A stretch of 64,000 bases of DNA from Candidatus Binatia bacterium (GCA_038245295.1 JBBRSP010000011.1:32001-96000), one strand, 5' to 3'; positions 19,035 to 29,172 are shown, counted from the stretch's first letter. Made by a program: numbers and translations. Notes: generated by a model not told the origin, from the letters alone.

Positions 19035-19838
19035 CTACTTTCCCGTGAACACTGGCGCGCGCTTCTCCAGGAACGCCCGCGGGCCTTCCTTGGCATCGGC
19101 CGACATCATGACGTTCATCCCGTGTGTCTGCTCGATGTTGAACGCGTCCTCTTCCGGCATGCATTCCGTGCTGCGCAGTGTGGCGAGGATGGCTTTAACA
19201 GCCAGGGGCCCGTTGGCGGCGATACGGCTGGCAATCTCCTTGGCTTTGGTCAGGGCATGACCGTCCGCGACGACGTGATTCACCAAGCCAAGCGCGTAAG
19301 CTCGATCCGCCGGCAGGTCTTCACCGACCAACAACATTTCCGCGGCGATTGCATACGGGATCTGGCGCCGCAGTCGTACGGCTGATCCTGCCATGGGGAA
19401 TAAGCCGCGTTGGACCTCGGTGACGCCAAACTTCGCTCCGGCGCCGCAGACCCGGATATCGGTGCCTTGCAGAATCTCCGTGCCGCCGGCTCGCGCGAAA
19501 CCTTCGGCGGCGAGGATCACCGGCTTGGTCGGGCGATAGGTCTTGAGCCAGGCACCATAGATGATGTGCATCTCGTTCATGACGCGTTCGATCCACGGGT
19601 TGTCGGCGATACCGCGCTGCAACTTGCCGATCTCCGAGAGATCCATACCGGCACAGAATGTATCGCCGGTGCCGGTGAGGATGGCGCAGCGCAGGTTGTC
19701 GTCTTTGTCGAGGTCGACCCAGGCGTCGTACAGGCGACACATGACCTCGCAATTGACGGCGTTCTTCTTGTCGGGGCGATTGATGGTGACGACGAGGACG
19801 CCGTCATTCTTTTCGATCAGCACGGCTGGTTCAGACAT
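19035..19838 (-). CDS. Crotonase/enoyl-CoA hydratase family protein
   Basis: TINRPDKKNA, FCAGMDL, AGGTE, TEVQRGL, GPRAFLEKR. Confidence 0.92.
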   Translation of the reverse strand: MSEPAVLIEKNDGVLVVTINRPDKKNAVNCEVMCRLYDAWVDLDKDDNLRCAILTGTGDTFCAGMDLSEIGKLQRGIADNPWIERVMNEMHIIYGAWLKTYRPTKPVILAAEGFARAGGTEILQGTDIRVCGAGAKFGVTEVQRGLFPMAGSAVRLRRQIPYAIAAEMLLVGEDLPADRAYALGLVNHVVADGHALTKAKEIASRIAANGPLAVKAILATLRSTECMPEEDAFNIEQTHGMNVMMSADAKEGPRAFLEKRAPVFTGK

Positions 19839-20181
19839 TGATTCTCACTCCTCCGGGAAAATTGAACTGTCGCACTTCGTGCCGCGAGTGCGAGCTGCGG
19901 TCAACTACTGTGCGCAGTCTGGTGATCGGATGGCACTTCGCCATAATCTGGTCGTTTGACAAGGGACGCGTCGGCCGAATGTCCCCCGCATCGTGGTGCC
20001 AAAAGTTGAGGCGCGTTGGGCCTTCACCTATGAAGCATGTCTTTTTTGTCGGTGACCTTTTCGGCGCCGCGATGAAACGCGCCAGTGTCACCGCAGATCT
20101 CCCTTTGCAAGGGATGCAGAGCCGACGTAGGTTGCGCCGTAACTCTTGAACCACGTCAGGCGTGAGAAAGGTCGCGGGCCG

Positions 20182-21012
20182 GTGAAGACTGTGAGACAAG
20201 CTCTGGCAATCCTTGTGTTGGCGGCAGGTGCCATTCACGCCGATCCATCGTCACAGGAGCGGTTGGAGCGTGTCGCCGAGGGTTTGAGGACCAACCCCTG
20301 CGATACCGATCTTCTGCGTCAGCGCGCCGACCTGCGTTGTGGCTCCGGCGACATGACAGCCGCCCTGAACGACTGGGACGATGCCGGGCGCTGCAACCCG
20401 ACCCTGGCCGTCATCGACCTGGAGCGCAGCGTTTGTTTGGCTCGGCATGGCGAATCTCGTAGCGCCCACTTCTTTGTCGGGCGCTACCTCAAGACCAATC
20501 CGACGTCGGCGCGCGGCCAACTGGTCGAGGCTCGCGCTCTGTTGGCACTGGGCGAGCCGGCTCAGTCGTTGCCGTACTTCGACGCCGCTTTGACTGCCGC
20601 CGGAGCACCGCCGGATGATTACCTCGCTCGCACCCGAGCTTACCGCGCTGCTGGCCAGATCGATGCCGCTGTCGCCGGTCTGGATGTCGCGATCACGCAC
20701 ATGGGAGCTGTGCCGGCGTTTGTCGACCTGGCGACGCAGCTCGACCTCGAGCGCCACAGTTTCACTACGGCGTTGGCGCGGCTCGATCGCTTGCCGCCCA
20801 ATATGGCGCGCAGCGAGATCTGGCTTTTGCGTCGTGCCGACATTCTGGAACAAGCGGGCGACAAGGATGGGGCGCGCCGGGTCTTTGCGGCGACCGTCGA
20901 TGCGGCGGCGGCGCGGCCTGAAAATCGGCGTAATCAGCCTGCCATCAAAGAGGCGGTGGCCGCGGCAAACGCCGGTCTGACAAGGCTTGCCCGGGTTGAG
21001 GAGAAACGGTGA
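20182..21012 (+). CDS. Exported tetratricopeptide-repeat protein
   Basis: Signal-like N-terminus, Ala/Leu-rich helical repeats; stop overlaps GTG of next gene; start uncertain (20146 or 20182). Confidence 0.7.
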   Translation: MKTVRQALAILVLAAGAIHADPSSQERLERVAEGLRTNPCDTDLLRQRADLRCGSGDMTAALNDWDDAGRCNPTLAVIDLERSVCLARHGESRSAHFFVGRYLKTNPTSARGQLVEARALLALGEPAQSLPYFDAALTAAGAPPDDYLARTRAYRAAGQIDAAVAGLDVAITHMGAVPAFVDLATQLDLERHSFTTALARLDRLPPNMARSEIWLLRRADILEQAGDKDGARRVFAATVDAAAARPENRRNQPAIKEAVAAANAGLTRLARVEEKR

Positions 21013-23225
21013 CGAGACGGTTAACGATATTCTTACTGGCCGTCGTGGCCGGCAGTGTTGCGGCGACCACGGCGGCGGCTGTTACTGTGACGCGCGGACC
21101 CTATCTGCAAACCGGCACGTCGAGCTCGCTCATCGTGCGTTGGCGCACCGACGTCGCCAACAACAGCCGCGTGCGCTACGGCCTGAGTCCGTTGAACCTC
21201 ACGCAAGTCGCCGACGTTGCGACGTCGACGATCGAACATGTTGTTCCCCTCAGCGGCCTCGCCGCGGATGCCACATACTATTACTCCGTTGGTTCCACCG
21301 CGGCGACGCTCGCGGGCGACGCGTCGTACACCTTCACTACCGCCCCACAAGCGGGGACGCCGAAGGCGACCCGCATCTGGGTTCTCGGCGACTCCGGCAC
21401 GGCCGATGCCAATGCCCTGGCGGTGGCCAGTGCTTACTCGACGTTTTCTGCGGCGCATCCCGCCGACTTCTGGTTGATGCTCGGCGACAACGCCTATCAG
21501 AGCGGTACCGACGTGCAGTACCAGAACGCCGTCTTCGCCATGTATCCGTCGTTCCTGCGCAGCCTCGTGTTGTGGCCGACGCTGGGGAACCACGACGCCA
21601 TGTCGGCCGATTCGATGACGCAGACTGGCCCCTACTACGACATCTTCAGTCTGCCGGCAGCCGGCGAGGCGGGCGGTGTCGCCTCCGGTACGGAGGCCTA
21701 CTACTCTTTCGATTACGGCAACATTCACTTCATCTGTCTCGACTCGATGGACTCCGACCGTTCCCCCGGCGGCGCCATGTTGACCTGGCTCACCAGCGAT
21801 CTGATGGCGACGGTTGCCGATTGGACCATCGCCTTCTGGCACCACCCGCCGTACACCAAAGGCTCGCATAATTCCGATACCGAGGCCGAGCTGATCGACA
21901 TGCGCACCAATGTCCTGCCGATCCTCGAAGCGCATGGCGTCGATCTGGTGCTCACCGGCCACAGCCATTCGTATGAGCGCAGCGTGCTGCTCGACTCGCA
22001 CTACGGTCTGTCGACGAGTCTGACCGGCAGCATGATTCTCGATGGCGGCGACGGTCGCCCAAGCGGCAACGGTGCCTATACCAAGGCGTCCCTCGGCGGA
22101 GCCGCGCACGAAGGTGCCGTCTATGTGGTGGCCGGTAGCTCGGGGCAGACCACCGCCGCGGCCCTCAACCATCCGGCGATGTATGTGTCGCTTCTGTCGC
22201 TCGGCTCGCTCGTGCTCGATATCGATCACGGCCAGTTGCAAGCCAGCTTCGTCAACTCGACCGGCGCGGTCGTCGACAATTTCACAATGATCAAAGGTGG
22301 ACCAACGGGAACGCCGACAACCACGCCGACGCAGTCGTCAACGCCGACGCCGTCACCGACGGGGACGCCGCACGATTCCGTGGTGCTGGCGGTAAAGCCT
22401 GTGTCGATCACACTCACGGCCGGTAGTACCGGTGCCAGTAAGAAGGTTGGCATCAAGGTGCGCAACGCCGATCTCGATGCGAGTCTAGAGCCCGCCGGCC
22501 ATCTGATTGGCTTGAACATCAACGCCGGCGACTGCCCGTCGCAGATCGTTGTCGGCCAACCCGACTTCGATGTTCACAGTCTGGGTGATCAATCGACGAT
22601 CGCCGTCCTGGCCGGAAAAACGAAAAAGGCACAGCTGCGCTTGAGCGTGTTGCCCGGGGTGTTCGGCACGTACAACAAGTTGGCACCCTACCGCTGCACC
22701 TTGTTTGCCTCGGTCGTGACGGCCCAGCCGAACGTCAACGAGACGACACCGCGCAACAACGTTGTTCCTGTCGAAGTAAACGTCGTCGATCTGACGCAGG
22801 CCAGCCTGTCGACGCCGCATGAGTCAGTGTTGCTAAGTGCCGTGCCGAAGACCTTGACGATCAGCGCCGGTCAGTTCGCGCGTGGCAAGAGTCTATCGAT
22901 GAAGATCCGCAACGCCGACATCGCGCCGGCGGTCGAGCCAGGCGGCCACTCGGTGGCGCTGCAGCTCAGCGATATCGGCGATTGCCCGCCCGGCTCGGTC
23001 TCCGTCACCGCGACCTCATTTTCCGTGGCGCCGGGATCACTCGGCAGTGCGCTGGTGACGCTCAACCTGGCGAGCGCGGCAATCGATTCGCCGAGCTCGA
23101 AATCACCGTATCGTTGTGTCGCGACGCTGGCGGCGACCACCGTTGAGCCGGCAAACGTCGAGCCGGTGGCGGGGAATAACCTGTCGCGCCTCGTCATCGA
23201 TGTGATCGACAAGAACGACTTCTAA
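21009..23225 (+). CDS. Secreted purple acid phosphatase-like metallophosphoesterase with PT linker and tandem C-terminal Ig-like domains
   Basis: Signal peptide, RGPYLQ, LGDSG, LGDNAY, GNHD, HHPPY, GHSHSYER. Confidence 0.9.
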   Translation: MTRRLTIFLLAVVAGSVAATTAAAVTVTRGPYLQTGTSSSLIVRWRTDVANNSRVRYGLSPLNLTQVADVATSTIEHVVPLSGLAADATYYYSVGSTAATLAGDASYTFTTAPQAGTPKATRIWVLGDSGTADANALAVASAYSTFSAAHPADFWLMLGDNAYQSGTDVQYQNAVFAMYPSFLRSLVLWPTLGNHDAMSADSMTQTGPYYDIFSLPAAGEAGGVASGTEAYYSFDYGNIHFICLDSMDSDRSPGGAMLTWLTSDLMATVADWTIAFWHHPPYTKGSHNSDTEAELIDMRTNVLPILEAHGVDLVLTGHSHSYERSVLLDSHYGLSTSLTGSMILDGGDGRPSGNGAYTKASLGGAAHEGAVYVVAGSSGQTTAAALNHPAMYVSLLSLGSLVLDIDHGQLQASFVNSTGAVVDNFTMIKGGPTGTPTTTPTQSSTPTPSPTGTPHDSVVLAVKPVSITLTAGSTGASKKVGIKVRNADLDASLEPAGHLIGLNINAGDCPSQIVVGQPDFDVHSLGDQSTIAVLAGKTKKAQLRLSVLPGVFGTYNKLAPYRCTLFASVVTAQPNVNETTPRNNVVPVEVNVVDLTQASLSTPHESVLLSAVPKTLTISAGQFARGKSLSMKIRNADIAPAVEPGGHSVALQLSDIGDCPPGSVSVTATSFSVAPGSLGSALVTLNLASAAIDSPSSKSPYRCVATLAATTVEPANVEPVAGNNLSRLVIDVIDKNDF

Positions 23226-23267
23226 CCGCCTCTTTGGGTACCAAACATCTCCGTCATTGCGGCGAAA

Positions 23268-23562
23268 GAGACTGTCGATTTTCTCTAATTCATCGTTTGG
23301 AACCGCGCGAACACCTCCATCATACCGGCGAAAGCCGTTGTCTCCCCAGCATGTTTGGCCTTCCAAACGAGGAGATCCCGGCTTTCGAGTGTGTCGTAAA
23401 ACCAAAGTGGAGCAACGTCATCCCGGTGAAAACCGGGATCTCCCCCTGCTGGAAGCCTCGAAAGCTGGCGAGATGCCGGCTTTCGCCGGTATGACGGAAA
23501 GGTCTGCTCGGTTTCAAATTTGGTTTCCGAGTAAATCGACACACTCTTTCGCCGGGATGACG
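23268..23562. mobile_element. Degenerate outer MITE copy interrupted by a younger copy
   Basis: Begins GAGACTGTCG after GAAA; internal sequence aligns by eye with the 23387-23546 element (reverse) and with 35150-35310; right end not recognisable. Confidence 0.6.
23387..23546. mobile_element. 160-bp MITE with 10-bp terminal inverted repeats and 4-bp target duplication
   Basis: TIR GAGTGTGTCG/CGACACACTC; TTTC duplicated at 23383-23386 and 23547-23550; homolog at 35150-35310. Confidence 0.85.
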
Positions 23563-23650
23563 TTGCCTACCCTTGGACATCAAACGGACCCACTACCCCG
23601 CGCTCCCGTCCGCTTGCGTCGTTGCACCAACTGTGGATTCGTAGGTAGCC

Positions 23651-24217
23651 ATGACCAAGAAACGATGGATCGTCGCGCTCGGCGTTGCGACGCTGTTCCT
23701 CGCCGGGGCGGCCTGGCAATTCCAGAGCCGCATTCTGGGACTGGCGGCGCGTGTGTATCTCCAACGTATCGCGGCGGCCGAAGAACGCAGCGGCGACGTG
23801 AGCGAACGGCAGAAAGTCGTCCTTGGTCTGCACCGTGCCTTGTTGTTGCAGCCGCCACCAGCTGCCCTCGTCCCCGAGCTGTACGATGTGACGACGATCC
23901 TGGCCGAACGTGCCGCCGCCGGGGAGATCTCGTGGAATTGGTCGGCCTATCTCTATACCAGCTACATGCGTGATGCCGTCGGCGCTCGGCCCAAGGGTGA
24001 GCCACGGCGCAGCCCTGACGAGGTGCGGGCCGCCGTCGACCAGTCGGTGCGGTTCTTCTCGATTCGCAGGCGGCCCGATGAACACGCGATGGGTGTCGCC
24101 GACGTGTTCGGCGTTGATGATCAGTCGTTCACGGTCGACGAGATCGACGCCGCCCATGAGCAAGGCCGCGATCTCGGCTGGGCCGGTGCACAACCCCAGA
24201 CGAAGAGTGAAGGGTGA
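23651..24217 (+). CDS. Hypothetical protein with N-terminal membrane anchor/signal
   Basis: MTKKRWIVALGVATLFLAGAAW; AGG upstream; fills the gap between element and convergent gene. Confidence 0.65.
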   Translation: MTKKRWIVALGVATLFLAGAAWQFQSRILGLAARVYLQRIAAAEERSGDVSERQKVVLGLHRALLLQPPPAALVPELYDVTTILAERAAAGEISWNWSAYLYTSYMRDAVGARPKGEPRRSPDEVRAAVDQSVRFFSIRRRPDEHAMGVADVFGVDDQSFTVDEIDAAHEQGRDLGWAGAQPQTKSEG

Positions 24218-24228
24218 AGAGTGAAACT

Positions 24229-24858
24229 TTAGGGCTGGCTCGCGGCGGTGGCCTTGATGAGTACGGACGAGCGGCGGCGGCCGCGGTGTAGGACCTCCCA
24301 CTCTTCGATCGTCACGCCGCCCTTGCCCAATGCCTGACGGAAATCGTCTTCGTAGGTCACTTGTCCGAAGTCGATGGTGGTCACCAGTTTGAGCAATGGC
24401 TTGGCGACTTCGACCAGGCGTGAGCGCTCGTGCTCGAAGGTCTGGGTGAAATAGATGCGGCCGCCCGCCGCCAACTGCGACGCTACCTGATGTAGCGCCG
24501 CCGGCGGGTCGGGGAGCAACATGAAGCTGGCGCTGAAGTAGACGGCGTCGTACGGGCCACCGCGGTGATCGTAGACTGACTCCAGACGGGCATCGACGCG
24601 GTTGGTGAGGCCGGCGCGGCCGACTTCTTGACGGCAGCGCTCGATGTACGACGCGTCGATGTCGACGCCGACGACGTGCATGTCTTTGGCAACGAGGAGA
24701 GAAGCATTGGCAACCAGGGCGCTGCCGGTGCCGATGCCCACGTCGAGAAGCCGGCATTGTTGCGGTAGACGCTGCAACACGGCGCGATACCACCCGGTTG
24801 TGAGTGGGACGATCGCGGCATCGTAGATAAAGCCGCGGAGCCGGCGAATTGGCTGCAT
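24229..24858 (-). CDS. Class I SAM-dependent methyltransferase
   Basis: LLDVGIGTG, VGVDID, YDAVYFS. Confidence 0.85.
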   Translation of the reverse strand: MQPIRRLRGFIYDAAIVPLTTGWYRAVLQRLPQQCRLLDVGIGTGSALVANASLLVAKDMHVVGVDIDASYIERCRQEVGRAGLTNRVDARLESVYDHRGGPYDAVYFSASFMLLPDPPAALHQVASQLAAGGRIYFTQTFEHERSRLVEVAKPLLKLVTTIDFGQVTYEDDFRQALGKGGVTIEEWEVLHRGRRRSSVLIKATAASQP

Positions 24859-24900
24859 GGGCGCAGCGATATCCCAGAAGCGAGGTCGCGGAAACCCCGA

Positions 24901-25284
24901 CTAACGCGGGCGCTTAGGGCGCCGCGGCTTGGCCTGCTGTTCCTGGTCCTCCTCGAAATGAAAGCGATGCATGATGCGATGCACGAGGGGGGCGAGCATC
25001 ACGCCGGTGACAAGAATCAATACCAGCCCTGAATACAGTGCGTAGAACGAAGCGAAGAGCTTGCCGATCAGGCGGGCGGGTTTATCGAGCGGACCCATGC
25101 CGCTGAGCAACATGGCGGCATTGAGCAGCGAGTCGTCCCACGGCAGATCGGCCCAGATATGGAAGCCGACGATTCCAAGAATGAGCGAGAAAACGATGAG
25201 CAGGGTCGAGACGCCGAAGTTGTTGAGCAGGCGGAGGGCGAATGCCCGCTGCGAGATTGGCGGTTGGGACTTGCCTTCGAACAT
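24901..25284 (-). CDS. Small two-TM membrane protein resembling a K+-channel pore domain
   Basis: TM-DSLLNAAMLLSGMGP-TM (GKLFASFYAL) layout; AGGAG RBS. Confidence 0.7.
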   Translation of the reverse strand: MFEGKSQPPISQRAFALRLLNNFGVSTLLIVFSLILGIVGFHIWADLPWDDSLLNAAMLLSGMGPLDKPARLIGKLFASFYALYSGLVLILVTGVMLAPLVHRIMHRFHFEEDQEQQAKPRRPKRPR

Positions 25285-25299
25285 CTTCGCACTCCTGCG

Positions 25300-25375
25300 C
25301 GCAGGCTGAAGCCTGCGCCTACCACTCTCGATACAAAGGTGAAGCGCAACCGTTAGGCGCAGGCTTTAGCCTGCG
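25300..25375. repeat. Inverted pair of GTAG-type REP palindromes
   Basis: CGCAGGCTGAAGCCTGCGCCTAC ... TAGGCGCAGGCTTTAGCCTGCG. Confidence 0.8.
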
Positions 25376-25404
25376 GAGTATGTCGTGGCGATAGGCATCG
25401 CCGT

Positions 25405-26292
25405 TCAACTCGGCCGCGGCTTGCGCGATGGCAGCTGCTGCAGAATCGGCACCACCTCCGGCATGCGCAGGCCGCGGCGTTGCCAGTTGGCGCCGTCGAT
25501 GACGAAGGTGTGGCCGCTGACGTAGACGGCGAACGGCGAACAGAGATAGGTCGCCGCCCAGCCGAACTCGTGGGGCTGCCCGACGCGTCCGGCGGGAATC
25601 GTGCGACCGGCCTGGCTGTAACCTTCCGGACGGTTGGCGGTCATGTGGCTTGGCATATCGCTGTGTGGGAACATTCCCGGACACAGGCAGTTGACGCGAA
25701 TGCCATACTCGCCCCATTCCACCGCCAGGCTCATGGTCATGTTGACGACGCCAGCTTTCGCGGCGGCGGAGTGGGAGGCGCCGGGACCGCCGGTCCACGC
25801 GTACGTCGCACCAATGTTCAGGATGGCACCGGGTTGCTGTGTGGCGATGCGCCGCGTCGCGAACTCGTGTGAGCAGTTGAAGGTGCCGTTGAGGACGATG
25901 TCGGTGACCGAACGCCAGCCGTTCGGGCTGAGCTCCTGCGCGGCGACCGGAAAGTTGCCGGCGGCATTGTTGATCAGCACACCGACAGCGCCAAGCTCGC
26001 GTTCGACGTGATCGAACGCCGCTGCGATGGATTCGGGTTGGCGGACATCCATCGCCACCCCGACGGCTTTGGCACCGGCTTCGCCGACCGCAACGACGCC
26101 GGCGGAGCGGTGCGCTTCATCGCGACTGGCGATGGCAACGGCGGCACCGAGACGTGCAAACTCGACGGCCATTGCCTTGCCGAGACCGGTTCCACCGCCG
26201 GTGATCAAAACCACTTCGCCGGCAAATGTTCCCGCCGGCAACATCGCCGCACCAATCGGCGGCGGATTCGGAACTCCCATAGGCGGCGACAT
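25405..26292 (-). CDS. SDR oxidoreductase, 2,4-dienoyl-CoA reductase-like
   Basis: TGGGTGLG, NNAAGNF, LSPNGW, HSAAAKAG, LAVEWG. Confidence 0.88.
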   Translation of the reverse strand: MSPPMGVPNPPPIGAAMLPAGTFAGEVVLITGGGTGLGKAMAVEFARLGAAVAIASRDEAHRSAGVVAVGEAGAKAVGVAMDVRQPESIAAAFDHVERELGAVGVLINNAAGNFPVAAQELSPNGWRSVTDIVLNGTFNCSHEFATRRIATQQPGAILNIGATYAWTGGPGASHSAAAKAGVVNMTMSLAVEWGEYGIRVNCLCPGMFPHSDMPSHMTANRPEGYSQAGRTIPAGRVGQPHEFGWAATYLCSPFAVYVSGHTFVIDGANWQRRGLRMPEVVPILQQLPSRKPRPS

Positions 26293-26339
26293 ACTCGCGC
26301 CGCTCTCGGCGTGTCAATCGCAGCGGAGATGGTTCGCTC

Positions 26340-26402
26340 CGCAGGCTAAAGCCTGCGCCTACCGCGTGGGCGCAGACCGGTAGGCGCAAGCTTCAGCTTG
26401 CG
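26340..26402. repeat. Inverted pair of GTAG-type REP palindromes
   Basis: CGCAGGCTAAAGCCTGCGCCTAC ... GTAGGCGCAAGCTTCAGCTTGCG. Confidence 0.85.
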
Positions 26403-26464
26403 AAGAATACGGCGCTTGACCACGTTGACGCGCGTCGCATACACCGACCAGAGGGAGGGCCGAC

Positions 26465-27280
26465 ATGGCCGATGACTTCACCGATGCCGTAACCGTCGAG
26501 ATCGATGCGCACGTCGCGTTGGTTAGCCTCAATCGTCCAGAGCGGATGAACGCCTGGAGCTCACCGATGGGCATGGCGTTGTTCCAGCAAATGGAGGCGA
26601 TTGCCGACAACCCGGAGGTGCGCGCCGTCGTGCTTAAAGGCAACGGCCGCGCCTTCTGTTCGGGCGTCGATCTCAAGCCCGATGTCAGTGGTCGCATCGT
26701 CGGCCGTTCGCCGGCCGAAAAGGTGATGAACTACTTTCACCGCTACCGGGGCTCGCATCGGCGCACGCAGTTCATCGAAGGTATGCCGCAGCCGATCATT
26801 GCGGCGATCCACGGCTACTGCCTGGGGGCGGGTTTGGAGATCGCCATGCTTGCCGACCTGCGGCTTGCCGCTGCCGGCACACAGTTCGGTTGTCCGGAGG
26901 TGAAGATCGGCGTGGCGATCGACTGCGGGCTCGACTTGCGGCTGGCGCGGGAGATTGGTCCTGCCTGGGCCAAATGGCTGACGCTCACGGGACGTCGCAT
27001 CGATGCCGACCGTGCCTTTCAGCTCGGTCTGGTGCAGGAGGTTCATCCACCCGAGCACTTGGTCGATGTTGCGCTCGCGCTGGCCAAGGAGATTGCTGCC
27101 AACGCGCCGCTGGCGGTGCAGGCCGTGAAGCGCACCATCGACCTGCACGCCAACCGTGGCCTCGACGATGCGCTCAAGTTCGAGGCGCTGAGTGCTGCCG
27201 TTGGCTTCGTCTCCGAAGACCTGATCGAAGGCTTCGCTGCCGGTCGCGAGAAGCGCAGCGCCAACTTCGAGGGTAAGTAG
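26465..27280 (+). CDS. Enoyl-CoA hydratase/isomerase family protein
   Basis: LNRPERMNA, FCSGVDL, GYCLGAGLE, PEVKIG; GGGAGG RBS. Confidence 0.92.
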   Translation: MADDFTDAVTVEIDAHVALVSLNRPERMNAWSSPMGMALFQQMEAIADNPEVRAVVLKGNGRAFCSGVDLKPDVSGRIVGRSPAEKVMNYFHRYRGSHRRTQFIEGMPQPIIAAIHGYCLGAGLEIAMLADLRLAAAGTQFGCPEVKIGVAIDCGLDLRLAREIGPAWAKWLTLTGRRIDADRAFQLGLVQEVHPPEHLVDVALALAKEIAANAPLAVQAVKRTIDLHANRGLDDALKFEALSAAVGFVSEDLIEGFAAGREKRSANFEGK

Positions 27281-27417
27281 GGCCGGGGAAAGGAGATCGT
27301 TGAACGATTGGTTCCGGTTCCTACCCAATCCTACATCGTTCGCGACGGTAATCGGATCGAAACCCACACAGGGGACCACTGGAACCCGGGCACATCGCTT
27401 GCACAGTACGTGAGCCG

Positions 27418-29052
27418 ATGTCGGCCGGTGTAACTTTCCATCCAGGGGACGCGAGCTCGGAAGCCGCGCCAACCCCGAGCTTCCGATCGCGTCGATGGCG
27501 CCGCTTTCGGTGGTTTCTTTTGGCGTTGGTGATCGTCGGAGCGCTCCTCGCTGTCGGTATTTCGGCAGCCAACGAGCCGATGCGGCGCTATCTCGAAACG
27601 ACCCTGAACGACAAGGTCGACGGCTACACGATCTACATCCCTGGTTTCCATTTCAGCCCGCTCGGTCTGGCGTTCACGTTCGAGGATCTCACGGTGGACC
27701 AGGATGCGCATCCCGATCCACCAGTCATGTACTACCCGAAGATTCGTTTCAGTGTGCAATGGGGTGCTCTGCTGCACGCCAAACTGGTTGCCGATGTGGT
27801 TCTCGACAAGCCGCTGCTGTACGTCGATCGCAGCCATCTTGAACAGGAAGGCCGCGACAAGGTCGCCCTGCAGGACAAAGGCTGGCAGGACGCCGTCGAG
27901 GCCATGTATCCATTGCGCATCGACGCGTTTCGGATTGTGAATGGTGACGTTACCTACGTCGACGATGATCCGCAGCATCCGTTGCGTCTCACCGGCTTAA
28001 ACGCCACCGTGCAGAACATCCGAAACATCCGCGCCAAAGGTCAGCCGTATCCTTCCACGTTCAAACTGACATCCGACGCGTTCGAGACCGGCAAGCTTGC
28101 GGTTGATGGGCGCGCTGACTTCCTCGCCAAACCGAATCCGACGTTTCGGACGGCGGTAAAGCTCGACGGTGCGCCGTTGGATCGCATGAAGCCGGTGTTG
28201 GCGCGCGCCAATGTGCGCACCAATGGCGGGGTGATGTCGCTCGACGGCGAAGTCGAATCGACGGCGAAAGAGCAACATGCCCACATGAAAAACGTCACCA
28301 TCCGTGATTTCAGGGTGGACTATATCCGGCCGCGCAATAGCGCCGAGAGCGAACGCGCCGCGGAGATCAAACGTGTCGCGGTGGATGCGGCCGAGCGCCC
28401 GGCGAGCGATCTGCGGGTCGACGAGCTCAAACTGGTCAACAGCACTCTCGGGTATATCAACGAGGTCGGCGATCCTGGCTACCGTGCCTTCTTGTCCGAC
28501 GCGACGATCTCGGTGCACGACGTCAGCAATCGCCCGAATGCAGCGCCGATGCGTACGGCGATCAGCGGCAAGTTCATGGGCAACGGCGTCGCCCGTATCG
28601 ATGCGACGGTGCGGCCAGGTCAGGAGCAAGCCAACTTCGACTTTGCGATGCGCGTCGAAACCACCGACATGCAGACGATGAACGACATCCTGCGAACGCA
28701 CGGCAACTTCGATGTGCGCCACGGCGAGTTCTCGCTGTACTCCGAGGTTGCGGTGCGCAACGGCGAGGTCAAGGGATACGTCAAGCCGATCTTCAAAGAC
28801 CTCGATGTCTACGACCGCCAACAAGACGGTGCCAAGTCGCCATTCCACCAATTGTATGAAGGCCTCGCCGGTGGCTTTGCCACCTTGTTCCAGAATTCAA
28901 AGGACGAGGTCGCCACCAAGGCTGACATCAGTGGCCGCCTGGAGAATCCGAAGCTCAGCACATGGGAGATCCTCGTGAACCTCGTCGAGAATGCCTTCTT
29001 CCGAGCGATCGTGCCCGGCTTCGAGAATGAGCTGAAGGCGAAGAAGGGGTAG
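27418..29052 (+). CDS. DUF748/AsmA-like membrane-anchored protein
   Basis: Basic N-terminus plus one TM, beta-rich body, C-terminal GYVKP..K...ATK..ISG.LENP...NAF. Confidence 0.75.
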   Translation: MSAGVTFHPGDASSEAAPTPSFRSRRWRRFRWFLLALVIVGALLAVGISAANEPMRRYLETTLNDKVDGYTIYIPGFHFSPLGLAFTFEDLTVDQDAHPDPPVMYYPKIRFSVQWGALLHAKLVADVVLDKPLLYVDRSHLEQEGRDKVALQDKGWQDAVEAMYPLRIDAFRIVNGDVTYVDDDPQHPLRLTGLNATVQNIRNIRAKGQPYPSTFKLTSDAFETGKLAVDGRADFLAKPNPTFRTAVKLDGAPLDRMKPVLARANVRTNGGVMSLDGEVESTAKEQHAHMKNVTIRDFRVDYIRPRNSAESERAAEIKRVAVDAAERPASDLRVDELKLVNSTLGYINEVGDPGYRAFLSDATISVHDVSNRPNAAPMRTAISGKFMGNGVARIDATVRPGQEQANFDFAMRVETTDMQTMNDILRTHGNFDVRHGEFSLYSEVAVRNGEVKGYVKPIFKDLDVYDRQQDGAKSPFHQLYEGLAGGFATLFQNSKDEVATKADISGRLENPKLSTWEILVNLVENAFFRAIVPGFENELKAKKG

Positions 29053-29172
29053 TCGGGCTAAGTGTCTTGGACGCGATGCGAGTTCTGCGGACCGTCAGTA
29101 CCAGGATATTCCTGATTCTGGTCGAGCCTTCCCCATCAGGCCGTGCTACGAGTGATCGGGCCGGCATCCCGA

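Noticed and set aside
23234..23583. Short ORFs across the repeat region (also 35048-35514)
   Set aside because: Translations of palindromic MITE sequence; no RBS or protein motif
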